A stretch of 44,593 nt of DNA from Deltaproteobacteria bacterium (GTDB lineage Bacteria; Desulfobacterota; Desulfobacteria; Desulfobacterales; C00003060): the NCBI GenBank assembly GCA_019309815.1, contig JAFDFO010000004.1, forward strand, positions 1-44,593, read 5' to 3'. A program made the translations under genes and the position numbers. The notes beneath the pieces are model-generated. The model saw only the letters and a list, made by a program, of their open reading frames with translations, had not been told where the DNA came from and made no database searches. Positions 19,065-27,806 of this stretch are shown here, piece after piece; position 1 is the first letter of the stretch; each line of letters opens with the position of its first letter.

Positions 19065-19360
19065 GGTTCTTCTCCAATTTAGTTGGAGAAGAGGGTCCAA
19101 GGATTCAAGGGGTCAAGGATTCAAGGGTTTGTTTTCTAAAGATTTTATCAGCGCGGCTAACATTACAGTCGAAGATTCCCTGTTGCTTGCTGCAGGGAAC
19201 TTCAATATTTTTTTGCTTTTCACTTGAATCCTTGGACCCTCGACCCCTTGGATCCTTCAGTAGTTTTTGAACCCTTGAACCCTCTGAGATCACACCTGCT
19301 TAATCGGAGATGACACACTTATTCTACCCTAATTAACTATAACTAATCGGGAGATGATCC
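19065..19360. mobile_element. MITE-like element, copy B (shorter, more decayed)
   Basis: It has the same ends as copy A (GGTTCTTCTCCAATTTAGTT ... CTAATCGGGAGATGATCC). It is inserted immediately after the lemA TAA. The flanking 8-mers are AATTCTAA and AGTTCTGA (6/8). Only about 18 codons of the four-helix-bundle C-terminus remain (..VMLAALIKSLENKPLNP*). Confidence 0.6.
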
Positions 19361-19421
19361 AGTTCTGAGGGCTATCAGCTCAGGCCCCCCGCTGTAACTC
19401 CAACAAATTCGAAACAGACGG

Positions 19422-20435
19422 ATGGGAAAAGAAGACAGGATACTACTCGATCATGGGAGTGGGGGCCGGGCCTCCCATGAACTGGTGCGAGAGGTGTTTC
19501 TCCCTCCATTAAGAAACTCCCTGCTGGCAGAGCTGGACGACAGCGCAGTGCTTGAAATTGGAAACCAACGGCTCGCTTTCTCCACGGACTCTTATACGGT
19601 GGATCCCATTTTCTTTCCAGGCGGAGACATTGGCTGTCTGGCGGTCAACGGTACCGTGAATGACCTTGCCATGCGAGGCGCCACGCCGCTTTACCTGAGC
19701 GCCGGTTTCATTATTGAGGAAGGGTTTCTAATCTCTGATCTCAAGCGGATTCTGGCATCCATGAAGGATGCGGCTATGACAGCGGGCGTGAAGGTTGTTG
19801 CCGGTGATACAAAAGTCGTGTATCGGCAAGACGTCGACCAGATCTTCATCAACACCTCTGGAATCGGTGTCATAGGGGTGAACACCAATATCTCGGGAAG
19901 CAGTGCTCGGGCCGGCGATTGCGTACTGATCAGCGGCACTGTTGGGGACCATGGCGTAACCATTCTTTCCAAGCGGGGCGAATTCAGTTTTGAGGCGCCG
20001 GTCCAGAGTGACTCCGCGCCACTGAACGGACTGGTGAGAGAAATGATGTCGGTGAGTGATCAGATCCACACCATGCGGGACCCGACCCGAGGGGGACTTG
20101 CCACCAGTTTGAACGAGATTGCCATCCAGTCGAACGTTGGGATTGAACTCCAGGAAGACTGCATTCCGCTTCACGACAGTGTGGTCGGGGCATGCGAAAT
20201 CCTTGGGCTGGACCCACTCTACATGGCCAACGAGGGAAAGCTCATTGCCATCGTCTCACCCGAGGATGCAGACAAGGTCTTGAATTGCATGAAGGCCCAC
20301 CCTCTCGGAAGCGAAGCTTCTGTGATCGGAAGGGTGGTTTCAGAAAACTGCGGCCGGGTCTTTATGAAGACTGAGATTGGAGGGACTCGGATCCTTGACA
20401 TGCTCGCCGGCGAACAGCTGCCGCGCATCTGCTAA
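19422..20435 (+). CDS. hypE: Hydrogenase maturation protein HypE (carbamoyl dehydratase)
   Basis: 337 aa with PurM-like AIR-synthase-related domains and the diagnostic C-terminal ...PRIC. Confidence 0.9.
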   Translation: MGKEDRILLDHGSGGRASHELVREVFLPPLRNSLLAELDDSAVLEIGNQRLAFSTDSYTVDPIFFPGGDIGCLAVNGTVNDLAMRGATPLYLSAGFIIEEGFLISDLKRILASMKDAAMTAGVKVVAGDTKVVYRQDVDQIFINTSGIGVIGVNTNISGSSARAGDCVLISGTVGDHGVTILSKRGEFSFEAPVQSDSAPLNGLVREMMSVSDQIHTMRDPTRGGLATSLNEIAIQSNVGIELQEDCIPLHDSVVGACEILGLDPLYMANEGKLIAIVSPEDADKVLNCMKAHPLGSEASVIGRVVSENCGRVFMKTEIGGTRILDMLAGEQLPRIC

Positions 20436-20508
20436 ATGGAGGCAGCGATCCTAGTGTTGGGTCTCATGAATAACTTACACAATTTTCGAGATAGCATGGG
20501 ACCCAAAG

Positions 20509-20674
20509 AGTAGAAGCTCCAAATTTCAAATAACAAATAAATCACAATGACCAAAATTCCAAATTCCAAACCTGTTTCCTCGGGCACGATGGCCCTTAGC
20601 CCTGTTTCGGTCATTGGGTATTGGAATTTGGAATTTGGTGCTTGGGATTTGGAATTTTCCAGTCTGCTTCTACT
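20509..20674. repeat. Long imperfect hairpin repeat built from (CCAAATT)n / (AATTTGG)n heptamers
   Basis: The outer stem agtagaagc (20509-20517) pairs with gcttctact (20666-20674). The inner arms are ccaaatttcaaataacaaataaatcacaatgaccaaaattccaaattccaaa and tttcggtcattgggtattggaatttggaatttggtgcttgggatttgg. Confidence 0.7.
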
Positions 20675-20742
20675 TTTGCAAACAACTTCCGGAACACGAC
20701 TTTAGGCTTCTTCCCTTGCCATGGAATCATCAATAATCACTG

Positions 20743-22044
20743 ATGGAATTCGTCGCTGATTTCCACATCCATTCCCATCTTTCACGGGCAACCGCCAGGA
20801 ACCTGAATCTGGAATACCTGAACGCCTGGGCCCAGTTGAAAGGGATCACCGTTGTTGGCACGGGTGACTTCACTCACCCCGAGTGGTTCTCAGAGCTGTC
20901 CCGGAAGCTCGAACTCGCAGAAGACGGCCTTTTTAGCCTGAAGTCTGAGCATGCTGCACAAACAGCTCACATGGTACCGGCCGGCTGCCAAGCGCCGGTT
21001 CGATTCATCCTGAGTGGAGAAATCAGCAGTATCTACAAGAAGGATGGAAAGACGCGCAAAGTCCACAACCTCGTCATGGCACCCACGCTTGAAGTGGCCC
21101 GGGAAATAAACCAGAAGCTTGCTCAGATCGGGAACATCGCTTCTGACGGCAGGCCCATACTGGGGCTTGACTGCAAGATACTCCTTGAAATTGTCCTTGA
21201 GACTTCCGAAGATGCTTTCCTGATCCCCGCCCACATCTGGACGCCATGGTTCTCCGTCCTGGGATCCAAGTCGGGCTTTGACTCAATTGAAGAATGTTTT
21301 GACGATCTCACACCACACATATTTGCCGCAGAGACCGGACTTTCTTCAGACCCCGCCATGAATTGGCGCGTCTCGTCATTGGACGGCCTCACCCTGGTAT
21401 CCAATTCTGATGCCCATTCTCCCGCAAATCTCGGAAGGGAGGCAAACCTCTTTGACACAAAGCTTTCCTACCCTGCTATCAGGGACGCTCTGCGGACGGG
21501 GGATCCGGACCGTTTTCTGGGCACACTCGAGTACTTTGCCGAGGAGGGAAAGTATCACTTTGACGGCCACCGGAAATGCGGGGCAAGGCTTTCTCCCGTT
21601 GAAACGATCGACAACGACGGGCTTTGCCCTGTCTGCGGGAGACCGGTGACCGTCGGCGTCATGCACCGCGTTGAAGAACTATCCACCCGAACAACGGGTG
21701 AGAAACCGCAAAGCGCCCATCCCTACACCAGCCTTCTTCCTCTGACTGATATCTTATCCGAGATCTTCCAGGTGGGTCCCAAGAGCAAGAGGGTGACCGA
21801 AGCGTATCACGCGCTCCTTGAAAAGTTTGGTCCGGAATTTCAAATCTTGAGAAAGATTCCAGTAAAGGCCCTTGACCGGGACGGTCCCCCCTTGTTTGCT
21901 GAGGCCGTGAAGAGAATGCGAAACGGCCAGGTCCACATTGCCCCGGGATATGACGGCGAATTCGGAACCATCTCTCTTTTTGAGGAAGGGGAACGCGGCA
22001 AAAACGTGCACAAAAAAAGAGGATCCACAATTGACTCTTTTTAA
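20743..22044 (+). CDS. Endonuclease Q-like PHP-domain protein
   Basis: N-terminal PHP motif FVADFHIHSHLSRA..., GTGDFTHPEWF, a later HIWTPWFS and SDAHSP, and a Zn-ribbon CPVCGRP. Size (433 aa) and layout match the EndoQ / TIGR00375 family. Confidence 0.7.
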   Translation: MEFVADFHIHSHLSRATARNLNLEYLNAWAQLKGITVVGTGDFTHPEWFSELSRKLELAEDGLFSLKSEHAAQTAHMVPAGCQAPVRFILSGEISSIYKKDGKTRKVHNLVMAPTLEVAREINQKLAQIGNIASDGRPILGLDCKILLEIVLETSEDAFLIPAHIWTPWFSVLGSKSGFDSIEECFDDLTPHIFAAETGLSSDPAMNWRVSSLDGLTLVSNSDAHSPANLGREANLFDTKLSYPAIRDALRTGDPDRFLGTLEYFAEEGKYHFDGHRKCGARLSPVETIDNDGLCPVCGRPVTVGVMHRVEELSTRTTGEKPQSAHPYTSLLPLTDILSEIFQVGPKSKRVTEAYHALLEKFGPEFQILRKIPVKALDRDGPPLFAEAVKRMRNGQVHIAPGYDGEFGTISLFEEGERGKNVHKKRGSTIDSF

Positions 22045-22060
22045 GATATGATAAGAAAAA

Positions 22061-22126
22061 GGCGCATGGCGTAAGGCAAGAGGCAAGAGGCAGATGACAC
22101 AAGGCGAGGGGCGAGAGGCAAGAGGC
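22061..22126. repeat. One-armed heptamer tract (GGCAAGA / GGCGAGG units)
   Basis: ggcgcatggcgtaaggcaagaggcaagaggcagatgacacaaggcgaggggcgagaggcaagaggc. The complementary-type units occur at 20-50 and 31851-31895. Confidence 0.5.
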
Positions 22127-22229
22127 TATAGGTTTTTTTGTTAGGTTATTCTTTTTTCGTGTTTTCTTCTTTTTTTCGTGTGTTGCGGCTGCGCCTTGAG
22201 AAGAAGCGTGATAATTCTTTGGTTTTCGT

Positions 22230-22625
22230 ATGGAAGAGAAACTCATCGACAAAATAGAACTCCAAAACGGCCTCACCCTTGAGCTTCACGACCGCTCAAG
22301 AAAGGTTGCTGGAGACAGGTGGCTGGTCTCTTTTGAGGCTCGGATAGACATTGAAGTGGACCCGCAGTACTTCGAAGGCCAGGATGCAGGAACTCCCCCT
22401 CTTGACGCCATTCAAAGGGCAGTGGGCGACAAAGTTACGTACTCCTATGAGAAGAGCCGGAACTTCATTGCCGCAACCGAAAAAGACGAGGTTTTCGAAG
22501 GACTGAAGGAGCGGTTCTTGACAGCAACCCTTCCCTACTTCTCCAGCGCCAACTTTCCTCGCAACATTATCCTGTCAGAATATCGAGCAGCGCAGAGATC
22601 TTCCAAGCTGTTGAACCAGCAATGA
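22230..22625 (+). CDS. Hypothetical protein (131 aa)
   Basis: Clean ORF with non-repetitive composition. I recognise no family. Confidence 0.45.
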   Translation: MEEKLIDKIELQNGLTLELHDRSRKVAGDRWLVSFEARIDIEVDPQYFEGQDAGTPPLDAIQRAVGDKVTYSYEKSRNFIAATEKDEVFEGLKERFLTATLPYFSSANFPRNIILSEYRAAQRSSKLLNQQ

Positions 22626-22631
22626 GGCGCG

Positions 22632-23153
22632 TCAAAGACGGTCCAACGTGGCTGAAAAAATCTCAAAGCTCGGTGTCCCGTGCAGGCAGAAGACAACCCT
22701 TTTCAGCCCTGTCTCTCCACTCAGGTAATCCACCACCGTCTGCAGCATGATCTCTGCGCAACGCTCCTTGGGAAAGCCGAAGATCCCTGTGCTGATAGCC
22801 GGAAAGGTGATGGTGGTCAGGTTATTATCATCGGCTACCTTCAAGCTGTTCAGGGTGGCATTCTTCAACTTCTCGTCTTCATTCCCTTCTCCCATCTGAG
22901 GGCCGACAGCGTGGACAACGTACCTGGCCTTCAGATTGCCTGCGGTGGTAATCACTGCACCCCCTACAAAGGTACCGCCAATGGCATTACATTCTTCCTG
23001 GATCTTTGGCCCCCCCTTTGTCTTGATCGCACCAGCGACCCCAGCACCCAGGATGAGCTGTGCATTGGCTGCATTAACTATCGCATCAGTCTCCATCTCG
23101 GTGATGTCACATTGGCTCACCTCGACGACAGACTGACCCACGTGTCTCTCCAT
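22632..23153 (-). CDS. Macro-domain protein (ADP-ribose / O-acetyl-ADP-ribose hydrolase type)
   Basis: DITEMETDAIVNAANAQLILGAGVAGAI...GGAVITTAGNL..YVVHAVGP...SIAFPAISTGIFGFP-type motifs (here TITFPAISTGIFGFP). Confidence 0.9.
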   Translation of the reverse strand: MERHVGQSVVEVSQCDITEMETDAIVNAANAQLILGAGVAGAIKTKGGPKIQEECNAIGGTFVGGAVITTAGNLKARYVVHAVGPQMGEGNEDEKLKNATLNSLKVADDNNLTTITFPAISTGIFGFPKERCAEIMLQTVVDYLSGETGLKRVVFCLHGTPSFEIFSATLDRL

Positions 23154-23168
23154 AAAAACCCCCTTCTG

Positions 23169-23572
23169 GATTGACGATTGACGATTGAAAATTACGTATT
23201 GAGCGCTCGCCTGTGGATTGACTATTGAAGATTGAAAATTGAAAATTGAAAAACAAGCACCCCCATTCCATGACGATATCGTTTTTCATTCTTTCCGCAT
23301 TGCGCCTGACGGCTTGAGAACATCACCGCACTCCGAACTCCGCATTCTGCATTCCGAATTCTGCACTCGTTTCGTTCCGCACTCCGCATTCCCCATTCCG
23401 CACTCGTTTCATTCCGCATTCTGCATTCCGAATTCTGCATTCGTTTCGTTCCGCACTCCGCACTCCGAACTCCGCATTCGTTCTATTCCGCATTCGTTTC
23501 ATTCCGCACTCCGCATTCGTTCTATAGCGCCTAGCGGCTTGAGAACATCACCGCACTCGAAACTCCGCATTC
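23169..23572. repeat. One-armed heptamer microsatellite array of about 400 bp: (GATTGAM)n, then about 25 units of (CCGCAYT/CTGCATT/CCGAAYT) punctuated by CGTTTCRTT
   Basis: Direct reading. It is bracketed by two copies of GCGCCT(GA/AG)CGGCTTGAGAACATCACCGCACTC (23301-23332 and 23527-23558). A higher-order period of about 73 nt is visible (23346-23391 vs 23419-23464). It fills the whole gap between two minus-strand genes. Confidence 0.85.
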
Positions 23573-24109
23573 CTAAGCCTTCTTTTCGATCTCCTGCAAA
23601 ACGATCTCCAGCCTTTCTTGTATGGACATCACGCCTATTCTTATTACATCATAGCCGAGCATATTGTAGCTCTGCTCAAGACCTTCGTCCAGCTTCATAG
23701 CAGTCTCTTTGTCCTCGATTCTGGCACGATCGGTCTTATACGGAAGGCAATCCAGCAAAAAAATCTTTCTGTATCGATTGCGAGGGCTTTTTTGAACCGC
23801 TTCCGTCTTATCAAGACCGGCTGCCCCAAAGTAGGCAATGCTGTCAGGGATAGCCCGATCAAAGACAATGACTTCATCTTTGGGCAGCGTCGCCTCTATA
23901 GCTACCTTGGCAGTCAGTATCCAAGTCTCGAAAGACCTCTTGTCCGCCCTGATCTCTTCCAGGGTTCGTCCTTGTTCCATTTGAGCTTCAATGTAGTCCC
24001 TGGCTACCTCATGGACGACCCGGTATCCAAGCCTCTCCAATTCCCTGACCAGGGTGGTTTTTCCTGAAGATGGCGCCCCTGTGACAACATACCAGTTTGT
24101 TTCACCCAT
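23573..24109 (-). CDS. AAA_28 / NadR-C-terminal-like P-loop ATPase (putative nucleoside/nucleotide kinase)
   Basis: NWYVVTGAPSSGKTTLVRELERLGYRVVHEVARDYIE resembles the AAA_28 (ribosylnicotinamide-kinase-like) family. The ATG at 24109 is preferred over the TTG at 24148. Confidence 0.65.
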   Translation of the reverse strand: MGETNWYVVTGAPSSGKTTLVRELERLGYRVVHEVARDYIEAQMEQGRTLEEIRADKRSFETWILTAKVAIEATLPKDEVIVFDRAIPDSIAYFGAAGLDKTEAVQKSPRNRYRKIFLLDCLPYKTDRARIEDKETAMKLDEGLEQSYNMLGYDVIRIGVMSIQERLEIVLQEIEKKA

Positions 24110-24330
24110 ATTCTCTTGAACAATAGGAAAACCGCCGGAAATGGTCAAGAAAAAGGCGGGTCGTCAGGCTGAACACAAAAGGTTTGCGGACTTCCTGCCC
24201 TTCTGCTATATTTATAATTTGTCGCTCGGACAGCCACTCTAAGCGGGCAAACAAGACAAGAAACTTCGAGTCTACTCTTCACAGTTTCGAGTGACACCTC
24301 AATACAGAAAGCGTTGAAAGGAAGATTGCC

Positions 24331-24579
24331 ATGCCTATATATGAATTCCGCTGTTCAAAGTGCAATGAGGTCTTCGAGATCTTACAGATGAGTGCTGAAG
24401 ATGAGGTGGAGATGAAATGCCCTCATTGCGGGTCTGAAAACTTCGAGCGTGTCCTGAGCACCGCGAGCTATGCCATGGGCGAAGGAAAAGGACAAGCTAA
24501 AGGCCGAACGGTCCAATCAAGGGAATGCGCTTCGGGAACCTGTTCCACCGTAACCTTGCCGGGTCACACCAGGGATTAA
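24331..24579 (+). CDS. FmdB-family zinc-ribbon protein
   Basis: MPIYEFRCSKCNEVFEIL....MKCPHCGSENFERVLS is the canonical CxxC...CxxC FmdB motif. Confidence 0.8.
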   Translation: MPIYEFRCSKCNEVFEILQMSAEDEVEMKCPHCGSENFERVLSTASYAMGEGKGQAKGRTVQSRECASGTCSTVTLPGHTRD

Positions 24580-24621
24580 GGGAAACAACCTCCACTCCGC
24601 CCTGGAATCTCAAAAAAAGAT

Positions 24622-24672
24622 TTGACAAGCTGTCGGTGCTGTACTATCTCTATTGTGATTCAATTGCAATAA
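24622..24672 (+). promoter_or_regulatory. Candidate promoter (TTGACA-17-TATCTC) with an AT-rich Fur-box-like dyad
   Basis: TTGACAagctgtcggtgctgtacTATCTCtATTGTGATTCAATTGCAATaagg lies directly upstream of the GTG start of the Fur-FeoA gene. Confidence 0.3.
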
Positions 24673-24684
24673 GGAAGAGTACCA

Positions 24685-25380
24685 GTGGACACGATTCACG
24701 ATCAGGAAAGAAGGCAGTTTAATAGGCTTTTCAAAGCCGAAGGAGTCGATCGGGTAGCGGACCGATTGGCCGTCCTGGAGGTCTTTCTGCGTATTGAGCG
24801 GCACATCAGTTTTCAAGAACTCATGGATGCTTTGCATGATAGTGGATACAGCTTTGAACCGGACTTCGTGAAGAAGACACTAAACCTTCTCTGCCGTTAC
24901 GGGTTTGCAGTCAAGAAGGAGTTTGAAGGACGCCCTCCCCTGTATGAGCACAGACACATCGGTTTTCACCATGACCATCTCATTTGCACGAAATGCGGGA
25001 AGATTGTCGAGTTTGAAAACAGCCAGATGGAAGGCCTTCAGGTTGAAATAGCCGCCTTGCATGGTTTCCACGTGCTTCAGCACAAAATGGAGATGTACGG
25101 CCTGTGTTCTGAGTGCCTGAAGGAGCGCGTTCGCTTGATGCCGCTTGCGGCTGCCCAGGAAGGTGAACGTGGTATAGTGGAAGAATTCATGGGACGCTCG
25201 GGCGCCCAGCTACGATTGGCCACCCTCGGGCTGAAAAAGGGCGACCAGGTGGAAGTCATAACCAACAGCGGTCAGGGGCAGCTTATCGTGGCTGCAAACG
25301 CCACCCGTCTCGCCATGGGGCGAGGTATTGCTAAGAAGATCCTGGTGAGACCCAATGGGCGCAGAAGGGACTTGCCTTGA
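24685..25380 (+). CDS. Fur-family regulator fused to a C-terminal FeoA (SH3-like) domain
   Basis: Residues 1 to about 150 are Fur-like (winged helix; HHDHLICTKCGKIVEF ... LCSECL, two CxxC pairs). Residues from about 155 to 225 read LAAAQEGERGIVEEF..GAQLRLATLGLKKGDQVEVI....GQLIVAANATRLAMGRGIAKKILV, which parallels the adjacent FeoA. Confidence 0.8.
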   Translation: MDTIHDQERRQFNRLFKAEGVDRVADRLAVLEVFLRIERHISFQELMDALHDSGYSFEPDFVKKTLNLLCRYGFAVKKEFEGRPPLYEHRHIGFHHDHLICTKCGKIVEFENSQMEGLQVEIAALHGFHVLQHKMEMYGLCSECLKERVRLMPLAAAQEGERGIVEEFMGRSGAQLRLATLGLKKGDQVEVITNSGQGQLIVAANATRLAMGRGIAKKILVRPNGRRRDLP

Positions 25381-25607
25381 ACCTGAGTGAACTAAAAGAG
25401 GGCCAGACGGCCACACTTCTCCGTGTTGGGGGTGAAGGGCCTTTTCGCAGAAGGCTCCTTGAAATGGGTTTCTTGCGCGGCACTGAAATCTACGTTGAAA
25501 AATATGCGCCCCTCAAAGATCCGATCGAACTCGTCCTGAAAGGGTACCATGTCTCGCTGCGCGTCGATGAAGCCTCCCACATCGAAGTCGAAAATATAAA
25601 GGGTTGA
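25377..25607 (+). CDS. feoA: Ferrous iron transport protein A
   Basis: 76 aa: LSELKEGQTATLLRVGGEGPFRRRLLEMGFLRGTEIYVEKYAPLKDPIELVLKGYHVSLR. The TTG start overlaps the upstream stop (TTGA). Confidence 0.85.
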   Translation: MNLSELKEGQTATLLRVGGEGPFRRRLLEMGFLRGTEIYVEKYAPLKDPIELVLKGYHVSLRVDEASHIEVENIKG

Positions 25608-25616
25608 ACATAACCC

Positions 25617-27806
25617 ATGTCCGGAACATCGATATCTATCGCCCTCGCCGGAAATCCCAATTCCGGCAAGAGCACGATCTTCAACAATCTCACGGGCACC
25701 CGGCAAAAAGTAGGGAATTGGCCTGGCGTGACCGTGGAAAAAAAGGAAGGTCGTGTCACCACCAACGGGTATGACCTCACCATTGTTGATCTGCCTGGCA
25801 CATACAGTCTGACGGCGTACTCCATTGAAGAAATTGTAGCCCGCAACTTCATCCTGGACGACAGGCCGGATGTCGTAGTTGCCATTATTGACGCGTCGAA
25901 TCTCGAACGCAATCTCTACCTTGCCACGCAACTGCGCGAACTCGACACAAAGGTCATCTTTGTACTCAACATGAACGACATGGCCAGAGATCGCGGCATC
26001 ATGATCGATGGGGACAAGCTTTCTGAGCTTCTTGATGTCCCCGTCGTCTTTACGGTCGGCAACAGAAACGAGGGGACAAAGAATCTCATTAGAGCGATTG
26101 TCACCATAGTCGGGGCCGAGGTAGAGCTCCCTCGCACGCGGCGCGTCTCTTACGGCAGAGATATTGAGAAGGCTGTAGGAGAGCTGTCAGAATTCATCAA
26201 AGAAAAGGTAGGGGAAAAGGCCCCCTACAACATCCGGTGGATTGCAGTAAAGCTTCTTGAAGACGACAGAATTGTAAAAGAGCGAGTAAAGCAAATCGCC
26301 GATCCCCAGGGGGGGGCCATACTCAAAGAAGCACAATTGCTGCGTGAAAGAATCCGGGACTTCTTTGATGAAGAACCCGAGATTGTGATGACCGACCATC
26401 GATATGGTTTCGTGGCCGGTATCATCAAAGAGACGATGAAGACAATTTCGGAGAGGCGGGTAGATGTGTCCCGGCACGTAGACCAGATCTTGACGAACCG
26501 CCTGCTGGGTCTGCCTATCTTTCTCTTCTTCATATGGGCGATGTTTCAACTGACTTTTTCATTGGGCACATATCCCATGGAGTGGATCGCCGCTGGTGTG
26601 GGTTGGGCAAGCCGGGTTGCCAGTCAAGTCCTGCCCGCGGGGCTCTTCGCGGATCTGATCGTGGACGGCATCATTGCTGGTGTTGGCAGTGTGGTCATAT
26701 TTTTGCCCAACATACTCATTCTCTTCTTCTGCATCGCCCTCTTCGAGGATACCGGGTACATGGCCCGCGCGGCTTTCCTGATGGATAAGGTCATGCATCT
26801 CATTGGACTTCACGGAAAATCCTTCATCCCGATGCTGATGGGTTTCGGTTGTAATGTTCCTGCGATCATGGCCACCCGGACACTCGAGAGTGAAAAGGAT
26901 CGCATACTGACAATTCTGATCAACCCGTTGATGTCCTGTTCAGCCAGGCTCCCCGTATACGTGTTGCTGGCCGGGACGTTCTTTGGAGCCAAGGCCGGAA
27001 ACGCCATTTTTTCCATTTATATCCTGGGCATCGTCCTGGCCATCTCAATGGGACGCCTTTTTAGATCCACGCTCCTCAGGGGGAAAGTGGCGCCCTTTGT
27101 GATGGAGCTTCCCCCATACCGGGTCCCCATGCTGAAGGGGCTGGTCATTCACATGTGGGATCGAAGTAAGATCTTTTTGAAGAAAATGGGAGGCATCATT
27201 CTGATCGGCTCCATCGTTGTGTGGTTCCTGAGTGCCTTTCCGCGGGAGCCTCAATTTGCCAGGGATTATGAAAGCGAGATGGCAACCCTCACCGCCCACT
27301 ACGAGGCTCGCGAAGCCGCGGCGCAAGATGATCGTCTGCAGGAACTCCTGAGGGAAAGAGACGAGGCCGTCTCATCCCTGCAAGCCGAGAGGGCTCAAGA
27401 AAGAATCAGCAACTCTTACATGGGCCGCCTGGGAAAGGTCTTCGCACCGGTCTTTGCCCCCATCGGGATTGACTGGCGCGGAAGCGTTGCCCTCCTGACT
27501 GGTTTTGTCGCCAAGGAGATCGTGGTGAGCACCATGGGGGTCCTCTACGCCATCGCCGCGGATGCGGACAACAGGAATGAGGCCTTCAAATCAGCCCTGC
27601 GAAAGTCCGGAATGACAGCGCTTTCCGCCTATGCCATGATGGCCTTTGTGCTTATCTACGTCCCATGCCTTGCCACGGTATCGGTCATCAGGCGTGAGAC
27701 CAATTCGTGGAAGTGGACAGCATTCAGTGTGGGCTACAGCACAGTTCTGGCCTGGATCGTTGCTTTTGTAATTTTCCAGGGCGGAACAGCGGTAGGGCTC
27801 GCTTAG
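25617..27806 (+). CDS. feoB: Ferrous iron transporter FeoB
   Basis: N-terminal G-domain (IALAGNPNSGKSTIFN, DLPGTYS, NMND) followed by a polytopic membrane domain; 729 aa. Confidence 0.95.
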   Translation: MSGTSISIALAGNPNSGKSTIFNNLTGTRQKVGNWPGVTVEKKEGRVTTNGYDLTIVDLPGTYSLTAYSIEEIVARNFILDDRPDVVVAIIDASNLERNLYLATQLRELDTKVIFVLNMNDMARDRGIMIDGDKLSELLDVPVVFTVGNRNEGTKNLIRAIVTIVGAEVELPRTRRVSYGRDIEKAVGELSEFIKEKVGEKAPYNIRWIAVKLLEDDRIVKERVKQIADPQGGAILKEAQLLRERIRDFFDEEPEIVMTDHRYGFVAGIIKETMKTISERRVDVSRHVDQILTNRLLGLPIFLFFIWAMFQLTFSLGTYPMEWIAAGVGWASRVASQVLPAGLFADLIVDGIIAGVGSVVIFLPNILILFFCIALFEDTGYMARAAFLMDKVMHLIGLHGKSFIPMLMGFGCNVPAIMATRTLESEKDRILTILINPLMSCSARLPVYVLLAGTFFGAKAGNAIFSIYILGIVLAISMGRLFRSTLLRGKVAPFVMELPPYRVPMLKGLVIHMWDRSKIFLKKMGGIILIGSIVVWFLSAFPREPQFARDYESEMATLTAHYEAREAAAQDDRLQELLRERDEAVSSLQAERAQERISNSYMGRLGKVFAPVFAPIGIDWRGSVALLTGFVAKEIVVSTMGVLYAIAADADNRNEAFKSALRKSGMTALSAYAMMAFVLIYVPCLATVSVIRRETNSWKWTAFSVGYSTVLAWIVAFVIFQGGTAVGLA

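Noticed and set aside
18738-19100. 120-aa minus-strand ORF starting MDPLLQLNWRRT (a twin lies at 44300-44515)
   Set aside because: Both start inside the terminal hairpin of the MITE-like element and run antisense into neighbouring genes. The shared N-terminus is simply the element sequence.
23222-23700. ORFs of 72 aa (minus) and 153 aa (plus) across the heptamer array
   Set aside because: The translations are low-complexity products of the 7-nt repeats (..ECRMRNE.., ..HSELRILHSEF..). There are no start-site signals.
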